From Escherichia phage JM10: DNA of 64,000 nucleotides. Position numbers and translations under genes: made by a program. Positions 27,441-37,794 of this stretch are shown one piece after another. The notes beneath the pieces were generated by a model. It was given only the letters and a program-made list of their open reading frames with translations, made no database searches and was not told the DNA's origin. The stretch lies in sequence record PP400777; one strand, written 5' to 3'. How positions within the stretch are numbered: position 1 is the first letter of the stretch; each line of letters begins with the position of its first letter.

Positions 27441-30152
27441 TCAAAAATCGAACATATCGAACAGAGATGCTTTCTTCTCGTAATCGAGTTTCGCTGCTGA
27501 TGTGAATCCTTCAAGTGGTTTAATAAATGTCTTCTCAAGGAGAACAGTGTAGTCCATCCAATGAAGTACGTCGTCTTTAATTAAATCTGTGATTTCAGTG
27601 CCAGAAGGCCATGCGATACATTTATCACCGAATGGGTTTCCTTCACGTAAAGGCAGAACATATACTTTTTCACCTTCTACAACTTGCGGTGCATCGATAT
27701 TACCTTTGATAGCCCGGTTATACGTCAGAATTCCACGAATATGGAACGGGCATTTGGGACCAGGGAATCCACCGACATCATATTTAGCAATGTTATTCGC
27801 AGAAGATACCGACGCGATGCTAATATAATTCAATTGACGGAATTCTTTTTCAAACTCTTTAAAATATTCTTGTAATGATTCTTCACCTTCTTGAAGCATA
27901 CGACGAATACATTCTTTAAGAGCTTTCTGTACTGCTTTAGGGGTCGAAGATTTCTGAGTCTCTAGACCCATGATTTTGAGTTTAGGCTCAGCGTAACGAG
28001 TGCCTTCCATATCCCACACGTTTAATGCATAACGTTTCTTACCAGTCCAGAATCCACCAATACCTTTAGAACCGAGCGGAGGACCAGCGATAGCTTCTCG
28101 GTCCATGAACATTAAGTGTTGTTTATTGTTCATGTATTCACACATTTCACGGAAACCTCTATCAATAGCAGGTTCCATACGTTCACGAGCGAACTTATCT
28201 AAGAAGTCTACCCAATGGTTGGTATCACGGAATTTAGATTCACCAACCTTATCGATAATTTTATCAGCAGATACGTAAATAGAGTCTGTATCACCATAAA
28301 GAACGAAAGCTTCACCTTCTGTACCACAAACTTCATTCAGATATTCATTAACTTTACGTTCAATCCACTGTAAAGCCATTTGCCCGAATGTTGTGATTGC
28401 AGTAGCATTACGCAAATCATAATAACGGAACCAAACGTTTCCAAGTGCACCATAAAGCGAGTTGATGAGCAATTTACGGTTAATCTGTGCAGTCATACCT
28501 GCAACTTCAGTACGTTGAGCTCTAAACAACATTTCATTAAGAGATTTAGCAGACAACTTTTTAATCTTTTCTTTAATCTCAACGCTGAAGTCGAAACGAT
28601 AATCAACATCTAACGGTTCGTCAACAGAAAGATTAGGATTATGCAATGCCTCTTTAATTATTTCACCATTACGTTGAGCTGCAAGCATGTAACCTTTATG
28701 TTCTTTACGTTGATTAAAGACCTTAGTGATTTCAGTTGGAACTACACCATCACGGTCTTTATAATACATCATGCCGTTAGGAGAACAACTGTACACATCT
28801 GAAGGACGTTCAGCGATTGCGTTAATATAATCATGCAGTGGAGCTACTTTAAACGTTCCTGCTATTGTTTCCGGGCTAATATTCACTTGGCGAATAATAC
28901 TTGGATACAGAGATGTAAGGTCGAAACTCATTACATATTTGTATCGATTTGGAATAGGTTCCTTAACAAAAGCGCCAGGATAAGGTTGAACTGGGTGAGA
29001 ACGACCTTGTGGAATCACCTTGTTCTGTTCTTTAAGGCTATTAAAAATAATAGCATCCCATGTTTTAATTGGGCTAAACACAGATTGAATCTGTATCTTA
29101 GCATAATAACCCATGTCCAAACTCAAGTTGATGAACTGACGCTTAGCATCAATTTGCAATACACGATACACGTCGATAATGTTATAAGAAATATATCGTT
29201 GGTGATTGCTTTCACGAAGCTTAGAAATAGGGCCGTCATATTTCAGTTTACCAACGTTCAATTCAAATTCTGAAATGTAATCCAGAGAATACGACGGTTG
29301 ATTGGTAAAAGAGAATTTTTTGTAAAGGTCAATGTAATCAAGAACAGAGATACCGAACAATGTAATGATTTCACGAGAACCATACATGTTTTCGATAACT
29401 TTAACACGAGTTTTACGATGTGGTGATAAACGTTTCGCAGTAGATTCGCCAAAAATATTCTTGATTCGGTTATACACATATGGAATATCAAATGACTCAA
29501 CGTTCCATCCAGTCAAAATGACAGGAGTTTTCTGTTGCCAGAAGTTGAGATATTCCATCAACAATTCTTTTTCGTTATCGAACGGCATATAAATGATTTT
29601 ATCAATAATTTCGGATGGAACTTCATCACCGCCTTGTTCTTGAAGCTTAGCCGCAATTTCGATAGACCATTCTTCTACATTACCATACGGAGAATTCAAT
29701 AGATCAAATACGTAGAACCTGTCGTCAATTGAGTCATAATGGGTGATAGCATCAATCGGATGTTTTGCTTGTGACGGCTCAGGGAACCCATCCGGAGATG
29801 TTACTTCGATGTCGAAGTTAGCCACACGAATTTTTGTATGGTCGTATTTGATTTCATAGTTATAAGTGTCAGACAAATACGCCAATTTGAAATCGTCCAT
29901 GCCAAGTGCTTCAAGTCCGATATCTTCCATGCGTTTAATCCATTGGGAGGCATCACGCATATTAGCGAACAACTTACGAGTACACGGCTTACCGTAGATA
30001 TCGAAATATTTCGTAGCCTGACTTTCTGGACAATGAGCAAACAGTGATGGTTTATATTCTACTTCACGAGTACGTTCACGGCCATTAGAATCGATGTAAC
30101 GTTCAAAAATTGAATCACCAATCTGTTCAACCGTTAAGTAAAATTCTTTCAT
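27441..30152 (-). CDS. 43: DNA polymerase gp43 (family B)
   Basis: 903 aa; exonuclease and polymerase motifs (YGDTDS); synteny. Confidence 0.95.
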   Translation of the reverse strand: MKEFYLTVEQIGDSIFERYIDSNGRERTREVEYKPSLFAHCPESQATKYFDIYGKPCTRKLFANMRDASQWIKRMEDIGLEALGMDDFKLAYLSDTYNYEIKYDHTKIRVANFDIEVTSPDGFPEPSQAKHPIDAITHYDSIDDRFYVFDLLNSPYGNVEEWSIEIAAKLQEQGGDEVPSEIIDKIIYMPFDNEKELLMEYLNFWQQKTPVILTGWNVESFDIPYVYNRIKNIFGESTAKRLSPHRKTRVKVIENMYGSREIITLFGISVLDYIDLYKKFSFTNQPSYSLDYISEFELNVGKLKYDGPISKLRESNHQRYISYNIIDVYRVLQIDAKRQFINLSLDMGYYAKIQIQSVFSPIKTWDAIIFNSLKEQNKVIPQGRSHPVQPYPGAFVKEPIPNRYKYVMSFDLTSLYPSIIRQVNISPETIAGTFKVAPLHDYINAIAERPSDVYSCSPNGMMYYKDRDGVVPTEITKVFNQRKEHKGYMLAAQRNGEIIKEALHNPNLSVDEPLDVDYRFDFSVEIKEKIKKLSAKSLNEMLFRAQRTEVAGMTAQINRKLLINSLYGALGNVWFRYYDLRNATAITTFGQMALQWIERKVNEYLNEVCGTEGEAFVLYGDTDSIYVSADKIIDKVGESKFRDTNHWVDFLDKFARERMEPAIDRGFREMCEYMNNKQHLMFMDREAIAGPPLGSKGIGGFWTGKKRYALNVWDMEGTRYAEPKLKIMGLETQKSSTPKAVQKALKECIRRMLQEGEESLQEYFKEFEKEFRQLNYISIASVSSANNIAKYDVGGFPGPKCPFHIRGILTYNRAIKGNIDAPQVVEGEKVYVLPLREGNPFGDKCIAWPSGTEITDLIKDDVLHWMDYTVLLEKTFIKPLEGFTSAAKLDYEKKASLFDMFDF

Positions 30153-30199
30153 TTAATTTCCTTTAGACGAGTTATTGTCTTTTGTTTGTTGATGAACTT

Positions 30200-30230
30200 A
30201 TTATACTCCAAATGGGACCGAAGTCCCATT
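30200..30230 (-). promoter_or_regulatory. stem-loop (UUCG loop) plus TATAAT-like element in the regA-43 intergenic region; candidate gene 43 regulatory structure
   Basis: Minus strand AAUGGGAC-UUCG-GUCCCAUU then UGGAGUAUAAU; about 50 nt upstream of gene 43 ATG. Confidence 0.35.
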
Positions 30231-30233
30231 GCT

Positions 30234-30602
30234 TTAATTACCAATTGTATATTTTGCTTTCAAAGTCCAGTCATCTTTCTGTTTAAAAGAGATAACACGG
30301 AAGTTATTAGTAAGGCCAAACAGATCTTCACGAGCAGAGTCTTCAATAACAATCAATCCCCAGTCTTCAAGCAACTGGGCAATCGAATCACGTCGCTTAT
30401 AGTCTTCACCGTCAATATCAACCTGACGTCCATCCATACGCAACATTTCTTTAAAGTGGACGATGTAGTATTTACCTTGCTTTTGGAGGATATGACAGGA
30501 CTGATAAAGAACTTTATCCTTGTTATTAGCGATGCCCATACGGGTCAAAGTCTCTTTGACTTTCAGAAAATCTTCGGGGTTCTTCAATTTAATTTCAATC
30601 AT
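30234..30602 (-). CDS. regA: translational repressor RegA
   Basis: MIEIKLKNPEDFLKVKETLTRMGIANNKDKVLYQSCHILQK matches T4 RegA from memory. Confidence 0.9.
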   Translation of the reverse strand: MIEIKLKNPEDFLKVKETLTRMGIANNKDKVLYQSCHILQKQGKYYIVHFKEMLRMDGRQVDIDGEDYKRRDSIAQLLEDWGLIVIEDSAREDLFGLTNNFRVISFKQKDDWTLKAKYTIGN

Positions 30603-30604
30603 TT

Positions 30605-31168
30605 TTACCATTCCAATGCTAATTTTTTAAATTGTTTTTGTTCTTTCACATTTTTTGTAACTTCTTTGAGAAACTCATCAGTGACCATGGCCTTCAGTTC
30701 TTTAAGGACTATTGACAACTTGTTATTTTTTTCAAGGAGCCGCTTATACTCAGTAGCATCATTCATGTTGATTGTGTAATGTTTCATCAACAGTTTGATA
30801 ACTAGTAACTCTGAAGTGTCTTCGACTAGTTTAGCCCATTTAGAGAATCGACGACCACGAGGAATTGCCGCCATCATATAGTTGAAGTGTGCTTCATCAC
30901 TTAATTCGGAACCGACTAAGTTCATCATGTAAACAGCTGGCATACATTCTGGGAACTGGGATAATGAGTTCTCAACCATAAATTTTGAGTAGTCGACCTG
31001 AGCAATTGACATAGATTTCTTTTCATTAATAGCATTAATGATTTTAAAGAATTCATTCTCAGGTTTTTCTTTAAACATGTCAGCACATTTTTGAATCGCA
31101 TCAGCGTCATTAGACTTCCATGCAATTTGGTGCTCGTTAAGCTGGACGTCATCATCGAATAAGTTCAT
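30605..31168 (-). CDS. 62: clamp loader small subunit gp62
   Basis: 187 aa; synteny 44-62-regA. Confidence 0.8.
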   Translation of the reverse strand: MNLFDDDVQLNEHQIAWKSNDADAIQKCADMFKEKPENEFFKIINAINEKKSMSIAQVDYSKFMVENSLSQFPECMPAVYMMNLVGSELSDEAHFNYMMAAIPRGRRFSKWAKLVEDTSELLVIKLLMKHYTINMNDATEYKRLLEKNNKLSIVLKELKAMVTDEFLKEVTKNVKEQKQFKKLALEW

Positions 31169-31169
31169 A

Positions 31170-32132
31170 TTATTTCCAAGTCAGTTCGCAGGTCAGTTGA
31201 AGAAGCATATACATAACATGTAATTCAATATTACTTGCTAGTCCATGAAACTTATTGTTTTCGCCTGCAATTTCATAAAGCGAAATAATACTTTTACCAG
31301 GTGCAACTTGGTCATAACATTCTGAAACTAATTTATCGATGAACCATGAATAATCTGCGGCATATTTTGGAGCTAATGCACGAAGCTGTTTGATATCTTT
31401 GTTCTTCATTGCTTCGATAACATCAGAGACTGTGCCACGGTCATTAGTTACGATAGACAAAATACCCGCATCAAGAACACCTTTAGACGAGTACTGGTCT
31501 AATTGACCAATTGTACGACGAAAGTCCGGGAAGTTCTTTTTAACCAGAGCTGCAACAACTTTCATATCAGCGATTTCGATATTTTCGTTCTTACAGATTT
31601 CAACCATGCGATGAATCATTTTCTTCATCATTGAGATTTTATCTTCTTCGGTTGGACGTCCGAATTCGATAACTCGACAACGACTGCGTAACGGTTCGAT
31701 AATTCCATCGATGTTGTTGGCAGTAATAATAATAGAACAGTTACTAGAGAATTCTTCCATGAATGTACGAAGGTGCCGTTGTGATTCAGCAAGGCCACTA
31801 CGGTCAAATTCATCGATAACGATAACTTTCGGCTTGCCTTCCATTGAGACTGAACGAGCGAATGCAGTTAACGGACCACGCACAAAATCAATCTTACAAT
31901 CAGAACCGTTGACGAACATCATTTCGGCATTGATATCATTACATAATGCTTTTGCTACGGTTGTTTTACCTGTACCAGGAGAAGGAGAGTGCAAAATAAT
32001 ATGAGGAAGTTTTCCTTTAGATACTAAAGACTTGAATGTTTCATGGTCATACGCAGGCAGAATACATTCGTCAATGGAAGAAGGACGATATTTCTGTTCT
32101 AGAATGTGTTCTTTGGAATTGATAGTAATCAT
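31170..32132 (-). CDS. 44: clamp loader ATPase gp44 (AAA+)
   Basis: 320 aa; Walker [11 protein letters not shown]; Walker B VIVIDEFD. Confidence 0.9.
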   Translation of the reverse strand: MITINSKEHILEQKYRPSSIDECILPAYDHETFKSLVSKGKLPHIILHSPSPGTGKTTVAKALCNDINAEMMFVNGSDCKIDFVRGPLTAFARSVSMEGKPKVIVIDEFDRSGLAESQRHLRTFMEEFSSNCSIIITANNIDGIIEPLRSRCRVIEFGRPTEEDKISMMKKMIHRMVEICKNENIEIADMKVVAALVKKNFPDFRRTIGQLDQYSSKGVLDAGILSIVTNDRGTVSDVIEAMKNKDIKQLRALAPKYAADYSWFIDKLVSECYDQVAPGKSIISLYEIAGENNKFHGLASNIELHVMYMLLQLTCELTWK

Positions 32133-32207
32133 GTAATTTTCCTCATTATCATTAAACTGGAGGATTTCTCCTCCATAATCGTATCACAATAAACGTAAAG
32201 CTTTGAC

Positions 32208-32894
32208 TTAGAAGTCGTGAGTAGAATCGGCTTCCATCGCAATAACATAACTTACTTGAGAGCTTTCAAACTTAGCTGCAACTTTATCACCAGATCCCCA
32301 CAACATTACTTTATAGTTACCTGGCTGGATTTTCATATTAGCCATATTGATTACGAAGTTAAAGTTATTAGAACCGTCATAATCAGTAAGAGTCAAAGAA
32401 TACTTAGGACGAGTTAGTCCGGAATCTTCAACTTTATTATAGCCATTGATAACAATTTTACCATCTTTATTTGTAATAGCAATTGTATCAATCTGAAGAC
32501 CACGTGAAACTCGAAGTAATTGTTGAAGGTCTTCGGCTTTAATTTCAGTAATCACAGAAGCCACTGGGAATTGAATTGGCTTATTAGGAAAAACAATGGT
32601 GCTCTTGTCAGCGGCAGGCCAATAAACTGTGGAACGTGTATCTGCAATTTTAATATTGCCATCAGTGTGCATTGAAATTTCAGCATCATCAGACACTAGA
32701 CTCAAAATGCTTAAGAAGCTATTCAAATCATAAAGTGCTACGTCAAAATCAATTTCATCAGAGATATTTGCTTCCGCATAAGTGGTGCCATTAACTGCAC
32801 GAGTCATAATAAATTTACCTTGACTCAGCAGAATGCCGGAGTTAATAGAGGCAAAGTTTTTCAGAATAGCGATAGTATCTTTAGACAGTTTCAT
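32208..32894 (-). CDS. 45: sliding clamp gp45 (start at MKLSKDT)
   Basis: Near-identical to T4 gp45 from memory (FIMTRAVNGTTYAEANISD...EADSTHDF). Confidence 0.9.
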   Translation of the reverse strand: MKLSKDTIAILKNFASINSGILLSQGKFIMTRAVNGTTYAEANISDEIDFDVALYDLNSFLSILSLVSDDAEISMHTDGNIKIADTRSTVYWPAADKSTIVFPNKPIQFPVASVITEIKAEDLQQLLRVSRGLQIDTIAITNKDGKIVINGYNKVEDSGLTRPKYSLTLTDYDGSNNFNFVINMANMKIQPGNYKVMLWGSGDKVAAKFESSQVSYVIAMEADSTHDF

Positions 32895-32936
32895 TTTATT
32901 TCCTTTCAAGACAATTCAAAGTTTATAACAAATTTA

Positions 32937-33353
32937 TTATGCAGCAACCATCTGCTTTTTAATAGCTTCAGGCAGTGATTCAATATATTCTGGAATTTTA
33001 GAAGCAACAATTTCGCCAGCTGCAATTAGTTGTTCGTCGGCATCAACACAGTAGAAATCTTCAAGGCGTTCAGAACCGTCTTTATCAAGAACGATTTTAG
33101 CACCTGCTTCGATAGAATCTTTATAGTGCTTACGCATCAAATGAATCCACATATCAGACACATCGTTATCAATAAAACCATAAATCATAAAACGAGTTTC
33201 TTGTGGCAAAGATTGGAGTTTTTTAGCACTTGCGTCATCACAATGCAGGACCCATGCTTTACGAACACGATTATGGTTATGCGGGTTAGCGTCAGTACGG
33301 ATAGAAGTAACTTTCAGATCAGCAGCAGTGAAACCTTTAGCAGTAGTAAACAT
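32937..33353 (-). CDS. rpbA: hypothetical protein, 138 aa (T4 rpbA position)
   Basis: Synteny between 45 and 46. Confidence 0.5.
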   Translation of the reverse strand: MFTTAKGFTAADLKVTSIRTDANPHNHNRVRKAWVLHCDDASAKKLQSLPQETRFMIYGFIDNDVSDMWIHLMRKHYKDSIEAGAKIVLDKDGSERLEDFYCVDADEQLIAAGEIVASKIPEYIESLPEAIKKQMVAA

Positions 33354-33365
33354 ATTATTTCTCTC

Positions 33366-33566
33366 TTATTCGTAGAAGTCGGTAACTGTCCATGCGGAAT
33401 TGCGATTAGACATTATTTTATTATACTCATCTTTAAAAGCAGATTTGAGCATTTGTTCAGTAACAATATGTTCTTCACCTGAAAACGTATTGGTCAAAAC
33501 ATATTTTTTAATTTCAGGGACAACTAGAAGATGTTGGCCAGTTGAATACTCCATGTTGTTCTCCAT
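33366..33566 (-). CDS. hypothetical protein, 66 aa (45.2 position)
   Basis: ORF track. Confidence 0.45.
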   Translation of the reverse strand: MENNMEYSTGQHLLVVPEIKKYVLTNTFSGEEHIVTEQMLKSAFKDEYNKIMSNRNSAWTVTDFYE

Positions 33567-33608
33567 TTAATTTGATGTGGTCATTATAACCACATCATGT
33601 TAAAGCGT

Positions 33609-35297
33609 TTATGAAACAGTCATTACCGTAAATCGTCCAACTTTGCTCATTTGAAGATGTTGTCCATAAGCTTGTGGGTCATGGTCTCTGTGACTAATTA
33701 TAAACACGTTTGCATCGGTTAGAGAGTTAAGAATTGTTGAAATAGCTTTAATACCTTCAGAATCAGTCGCGGAATCCATGACTTCGTCCATAATTAATGT
33801 ATTGATTCTAACACCAGAGACCTTTTCAGCGATATCTCGCCATGTAAACAACAATGCGATATCGATACGTGCCTTTTCACCTTGACTAAATGAAGCATAA
33901 CTGAATTCTTCACGTCCACGTGATTTTATAGATTCATTGAATTCTTCGTCAATAGAAAACACATAATCAGCTTCCATGATTTTAAGATAATGGTTAATCT
34001 GCTTGTTGAACAGAGGCACATATTTTTTAATGATAGCACCTTTAATACCAGAATCTTTTAACATATCTGTGATAATACCACGATGGTATTTTTCAAGAAC
34101 GATATCCGATTTTGTTTTAATGATTTTATCAAGTTCTTTTTGAAGCAAAGCTATCTCATCGGCATGGTCGATAAATTCCGCCGAGGCTTGTTCTATTGCA
34201 GCTTTAACTTTCTTAGCTTTATCAATAGTGGCAATCATTGCTTGTTTCTTGGTACGAATATCAGATGCAAGGTCCTGTTTAGTCTTAACATTAGCTCTAT
34301 ATTCGTCCACTAGGACACTCAGATTATCTCTGTGACATGTAAGTTGCTCGAATGAGTGATTACATTCGTGAAGCTTATCGGTAATCTTAGAGACAATAGG
34401 ATCACCCTGGTGCAACTGCGATGCACAAGTAGGACATGTACCACCATCATGATACATCTTAATAACTTTGTTATACGAGTCAATTTTAGATTTAATCAAG
34501 AATGCTTCTTGTCCGATCTTGTTGAATGCCTCAGTAGGGTCTTCATCAAGAACGATATTAAGTAGACGCTCGTTAGCTTCTTCGATTTCTGCTTTTAATG
34601 AACGAGCTTCTTTGGCTAGGTCGTCATACATATTCTGTAGACGCGCTACATTATCACCAGATAATTTCTTTTGACGTTCGATATTCTCGTTATAAATCTT
34701 AATTTGTTGGATAATACCATCTTTCTTGGCATCGAGAACTTGTCCCTGGGAATTAAGTTCTCGAACTTGAGACTTATTGATTTTATCCATTTCAGCGAGT
34801 GTGCCGACTTCTAAAAGGTCTTCGACAAGTTTTCTACGAGCAGGGGTGCTAAGAGCCATGAAAGGGGTATACCCTGCCGTCCCAAGCACAACGATTTGTT
34901 TAAAAGACGCGTATGACATTCCGATGCTACGTTCAAATTCTTCTTGGAAGTCACGACTGCTGGCAGATTCATCGAGACGAACACCGTCAACGGAGATTTC
35001 GAAAATATTGGGCTTTTGGCCACGTCTAATGAAGTATTTTTTATCATCGAATTCCATCCAAAGCTCAACTAAGAGCTCTTTCTTGTTCGTGCTATTAATG
35101 ATTTGTCCTTTCTTAACATCACGAAATGGTTTACCGAAAAGTCCGAAAGTAATGGCTTCTAACATCGTAGATTTACCACCGCCATTTTTACCAGTGATTA
35201 ATGTCTTTTGGACTTTATCTAATTGGATATCAATAGGATTCCCACCTACCGACATGATGTTTTGATAACGAACACGATTTAATTTAAATGATTTCAT
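33609..35297 (-). CDS. 46: recombination endonuclease subunit gp46 (Rad50/SbcC-like ATPase)
   Basis: 562 aa; Walker A GKNGGGKST; coiled-coil middle; C-terminal ABC signature region. Confidence 0.9.
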   Translation of the reverse strand: MKSFKLNRVRYQNIMSVGGNPIDIQLDKVQKTLITGKNGGGKSTMLEAITFGLFGKPFRDVKKGQIINSTNKKELLVELWMEFDDKKYFIRRGQKPNIFEISVDGVRLDESASSRDFQEEFERSIGMSYASFKQIVVLGTAGYTPFMALSTPARRKLVEDLLEVGTLAEMDKINKSQVRELNSQGQVLDAKKDGIIQQIKIYNENIERQKKLSGDNVARLQNMYDDLAKEARSLKAEIEEANERLLNIVLDEDPTEAFNKIGQEAFLIKSKIDSYNKVIKMYHDGGTCPTCASQLHQGDPIVSKITDKLHECNHSFEQLTCHRDNLSVLVDEYRANVKTKQDLASDIRTKKQAMIATIDKAKKVKAAIEQASAEFIDHADEIALLQKELDKIIKTKSDIVLEKYHRGIITDMLKDSGIKGAIIKKYVPLFNKQINHYLKIMEADYVFSIDEEFNESIKSRGREEFSYASFSQGEKARIDIALLFTWRDIAEKVSGVRINTLIMDEVMDSATDSEGIKAISTILNSLTDANVFIISHRDHDPQAYGQHLQMSKVGRFTVMTVS

Positions 35298-35548
35298 ATG
35301 TATTCTCTTCGAATGAAGTCCTCTACATATTTTAACATGTCATCCCTATCAGCAAAATATTCATCTAGTTCTGCATACATAACAACACCTGGTGCGTACT
35401 CACAGGTAACATATATTGTTCCAAAGAAACGAGGAGTTGATTCCTCGTAATTCTCAGTCCATTCAACGATACCAATATAACCGTCACCAATACTAAATTC
35501 ATGACGATGGATTTCATAATCAGTCTTCGTCATTATACGCATCCTCAA
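35294..35548 (-). CDS. hypothetical protein, 84 aa (46.1 position)
   Basis: ORF track. Confidence 0.45.
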   Translation of the reverse strand: MRMRIMTKTDYEIHRHEFSIGDGYIGIVEWTENYEESTPRFFGTIYVTCEYAPGVVMYAELDEYFADRDDMLKYVEDFIRREYI

Positions 35549-35774
35549 TACACGCTTCAGCCATTTTAAGAATAGAGCCGGGAGTATCGTTGTCCATTAT
35601 ATTAAAGCTAAATTCAATAGCCCAGTCGGTGCAGACATGAACTGCTTTAACTTCATTGCCTTCAACACGTAATGGTTCAATCCAATACTTGATAGTGTTC
35701 TCGAATCCATCATCTTTAACGTCTATTTCAACTTCAAGCCCAAGACCAGCATTATTAAATTCATCTAAAGTCAT
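35520..35774 (-). CDS. hypothetical protein, 84 aa (46.2 position)
   Basis: ORF track. Confidence 0.45.
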   Translation of the reverse strand: MTLDEFNNAGLGLEVEIDVKDDGFENTIKYWIEPLRVEGNEVKAVHVCTDWAIEFSFNIMDNDTPGSILKMAEACIEDAYNDED

Positions 35775-36790
35775 TGTGTCGCCTCAATATAAAGTTCGTT
35801 GGAATATTTGACCAGCGCTTCTCTGTCTTCGTCTGAGATATCTGGAATCGCGTCAATATATTCTTTAATGATATCTTGAAGTGATTTAATCTCGATTTCC
35901 TGGTCGTCATCAGATTCAACACTGTTATCAACTTTAGAAACCATACGAAGAGAGTGAACTACTTTTTCAAGTTCAGATTCAAACTTAGTCAACTCTGAAT
36001 CAATTTCTGATACTATAACACGTACGGCTAGATTAGTATAATCAGAATAATTGATTTTGCCTTTAAATGGATAAGTGATTCGTCGATGCCATGTTGTTTC
36101 ATTAGGAATAAATTCCATACGTTCAACATCAGTGTCAAATACCCAGAATCCGCGAGGGTCGTTCTCATCACCTGCAGTAAGGGTCCATGGTGTCCCAATA
36201 TATTTGACGTTAGCCGCTTCAGAGATTGTGTGGAAGTGGCCGGACCAGACTTGTTTATAGGTCTTTAAGAAATCAGGTTCAAGCCCGTGAGACTTCATCC
36301 CTTTATAGAAATAAAAGCCATTCAGTTCCCAATGACCAACACAATACGCGGCAGAAGAAGTCTTGATGTGCTCTAAGATTTCACCTGTATTTTCTTCGCA
36401 CATCCATGGAACGATATCAATCAGACATCCGTCAAAATCTACAGTAGTCGGATGCTCGTAAATAGTAAAGTTTTCAAATTGAGTTAACAATTCAGAAACA
36501 GTGTTAGGTGTTATTGTATTCTTAAACGCCATGTCATGGTTTCCTATCGTGACATGAACGTGAATGCCTGCTTTAGAAATCATATCAACGATTTCACGAT
36601 TGAATTCCATTGTACGATGTGTTATTGCTTTACGGACGTCAAACCAATCACCGTACTGAATCCAAGTTTTAATCCCGTGTTTCTTAGAGTATTCAATTGC
36701 TTGACGAATACCGTCACGTTGAATATCTTGAACCCATGGGTCGTCTTGTTTGACTCCGATATGGAAGTCGCCTAAGTGCAAAATTTTCAT
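35771..36790 (-). CDS. 47: recombination nuclease subunit gp47 (Mre11/SbcD-like phosphoesterase)
   Basis: 339 aa; MKILHLGDFHIG; GNHD. Confidence 0.9.
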   Translation of the reverse strand: MKILHLGDFHIGVKQDDPWVQDIQRDGIRQAIEYSKKHGIKTWIQYGDWFDVRKAITHRTMEFNREIVDMISKAGIHVHVTIGNHDMAFKNTITPNTVSELLTQFENFTIYEHPTTVDFDGCLIDIVPWMCEENTGEILEHIKTSSAAYCVGHWELNGFYFYKGMKSHGLEPDFLKTYKQVWSGHFHTISEAANVKYIGTPWTLTAGDENDPRGFWVFDTDVERMEFIPNETTWHRRITYPFKGKINYSDYTNLAVRVIVSEIDSELTKFESELEKVVHSLRMVSKVDNSVESDDDQEIEIKSLQDIIKEYIDAIPDISDEDREALVKYSNELYIEATQ

Positions 36791-36813
36791 ATTATTTCCT
36801 CATTAGTTAATTC

Positions 36814-36839
36814 ATTCTATCATCCGTTTATAAAGCAAA
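36814..36839 (-). promoter_or_regulatory. MotA-dependent middle promoter upstream of gene 47 (TTTGCTTTA, 11 nt, TAGAAT)
   Basis: Minus strand TTTGCTTTATAAACGGATGATAGAAT. Confidence 0.6.
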
Positions 36840-36860
36840 AAAGGAACTCCGAAGAGTTCC
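36837..36860 (-). terminator. Rho-independent terminator (UUCG loop, U6)
   Basis: Minus strand GGAACUC-UUCG-GAGUUCC-UUUUUU. Confidence 0.65.
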
Positions 36861-37033
36861 TATCCACATAGTACACCGTACAAAGGCTCATTTGAACTTT
36901 TAAATCGAATGGGCTTGTATGTAATAGTTCCTTCGGCTTTAGCTTTATCGTAAGACTCTTTAAAACGTCTCATTCTTTCTGCTTTGCCTTTACGGATTTT
37001 ATCGAAATTTTCAGAGGTCAGGTCGTTCGTCAT
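36860..37033 (-). CDS. small basic protein, 57 aa
   Basis: Hand translation MTNDLTSENFDKIRKGKAERMRRFKESYDKAKAEGTITYKPIRFKSSNEPLYGVLCG; ends at the terminator; below track cutoff. Confidence 0.4.
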   Translation of the reverse strand: MTNDLTSENFDKIRKGKAERMRRFKESYDKAKAEGTITYKPIRFKSSNEPLYGVLCG

Positions 37034-37072
37034 GCATAATCATCTCTCAGAAAATACCTAAACCGATTTCTC

Positions 37073-37294
37073 TCATCGTTTCCACCATTTCTTAACTTGA
37101 AATGAATCAACCCACACGAGTTGTTTTGGGTCAGCCTTTACAATAGGCGGACAAATTTCTGTAATAGAACCGTCGTGATATTCCTTTTCAGAGATTTTAA
37201 CACAAAGAGGACCTCCCAATTTAAGGGTGAACCCTGCGTTCAGCTTCAGACGTTTAAACTTTGTTTGAACTAGCGCCATTAATGATGTCCTCAA
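37073..37294 (-). CDS. hypothetical protein, 73 aa
   Basis: ORF track; overlaps next ORF, start uncertain. Confidence 0.35.
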   Translation of the reverse strand: MRTSLMALVQTKFKRLKLNAGFTLKLGGPLCVKISEKEYHDGSITEICPPIVKADPKQLVWVDSFQVKKWWKR

Positions 37295-37577
37295 TAGCCT
37301 GACGTGTAGTAACCCACTGGATTTTAATTAACTTGTCATTATATGGTTGTCGTAGAATATCCCGAGATTTCTTAATAGCATATTCGTAAGCTTCGAAGTT
37401 GTTTTTAATTGCTGCTTCTTGAGCATGAGCATAAAGACGGTTTAGTTCAAAACGATTCTTTTTAAGAATCTTTTCGGATTTTTTACGTGCTTCAGCTTCA
37501 TTTTTCTTTTGGATTTCTTGTAGCATTTTAGCTACTGCATCTTCTGCTTCTTTATTTTCAATAATCTCGGTAGTCAT
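37254..37577 (-). CDS. hypothetical helical, Lys/Glu-rich protein, 107 aa
   Basis: ORF track. Confidence 0.45.
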   Translation of the reverse strand: MTTEIIENKEAEDAVAKMLQEIQKKNEAEARKKSEKILKKNRFELNRLYAHAQEAAIKNNFEAYEYAIKKSRDILRQPYNDKLIKIQWVTTRQAIEDIINGASSNKV

Positions 37578-37578
37578 A

Positions 37579-37794
37579 TTATCTCATTAAATTAAAATAA
37601 AAACGTCCATCCTCTTCAATACAGAACTCATACTCAACCGGAGTCCCATTTATCGAAAATGACACGTCATGTGGGTTCAAAGGGTCGATGTCAAAATTAA
37701 TTTTAAATTCACGACCCAACAATTTTACCAAATAAGGGATTGCTTCGTCAAAAGGTTCTTCTAAGTAGTTAGAGATGTCAATTGTCATCCTCAT
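37579..37794 (-). CDS. hypothetical protein (start adjusted downstream of gene 55 stop)
   Basis: Track ORF 37579..37872 overlaps gene 55 by about 95 nt. Confidence 0.4.
   Translation of the reverse strand: MRMTIDISNYLEEPFDEAIPYLVKLLGREFKINFDIDPLNPHDVSFSINGTPVEYEFCIEEDGRFYFNLMR

Noticed and set aside
28833-29273. 146-aa plus-strand ORF
   Set aside because: Entirely antisense within the DNA polymerase gene.
30186-30779. 197-aa plus-strand ORF
   Set aside because: Lies antisense across regA and gene 62, both well supported by sequence and synteny; low-complexity AT-rich translation; no SD.
33030-33482. 150-aa plus-strand ORF
   Set aside because: Antisense across rpbA and the following small gene; no translation signals.
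34777-35265. 162-aa plus-strand ORF
   Set aside because: Antisense within gene 46.
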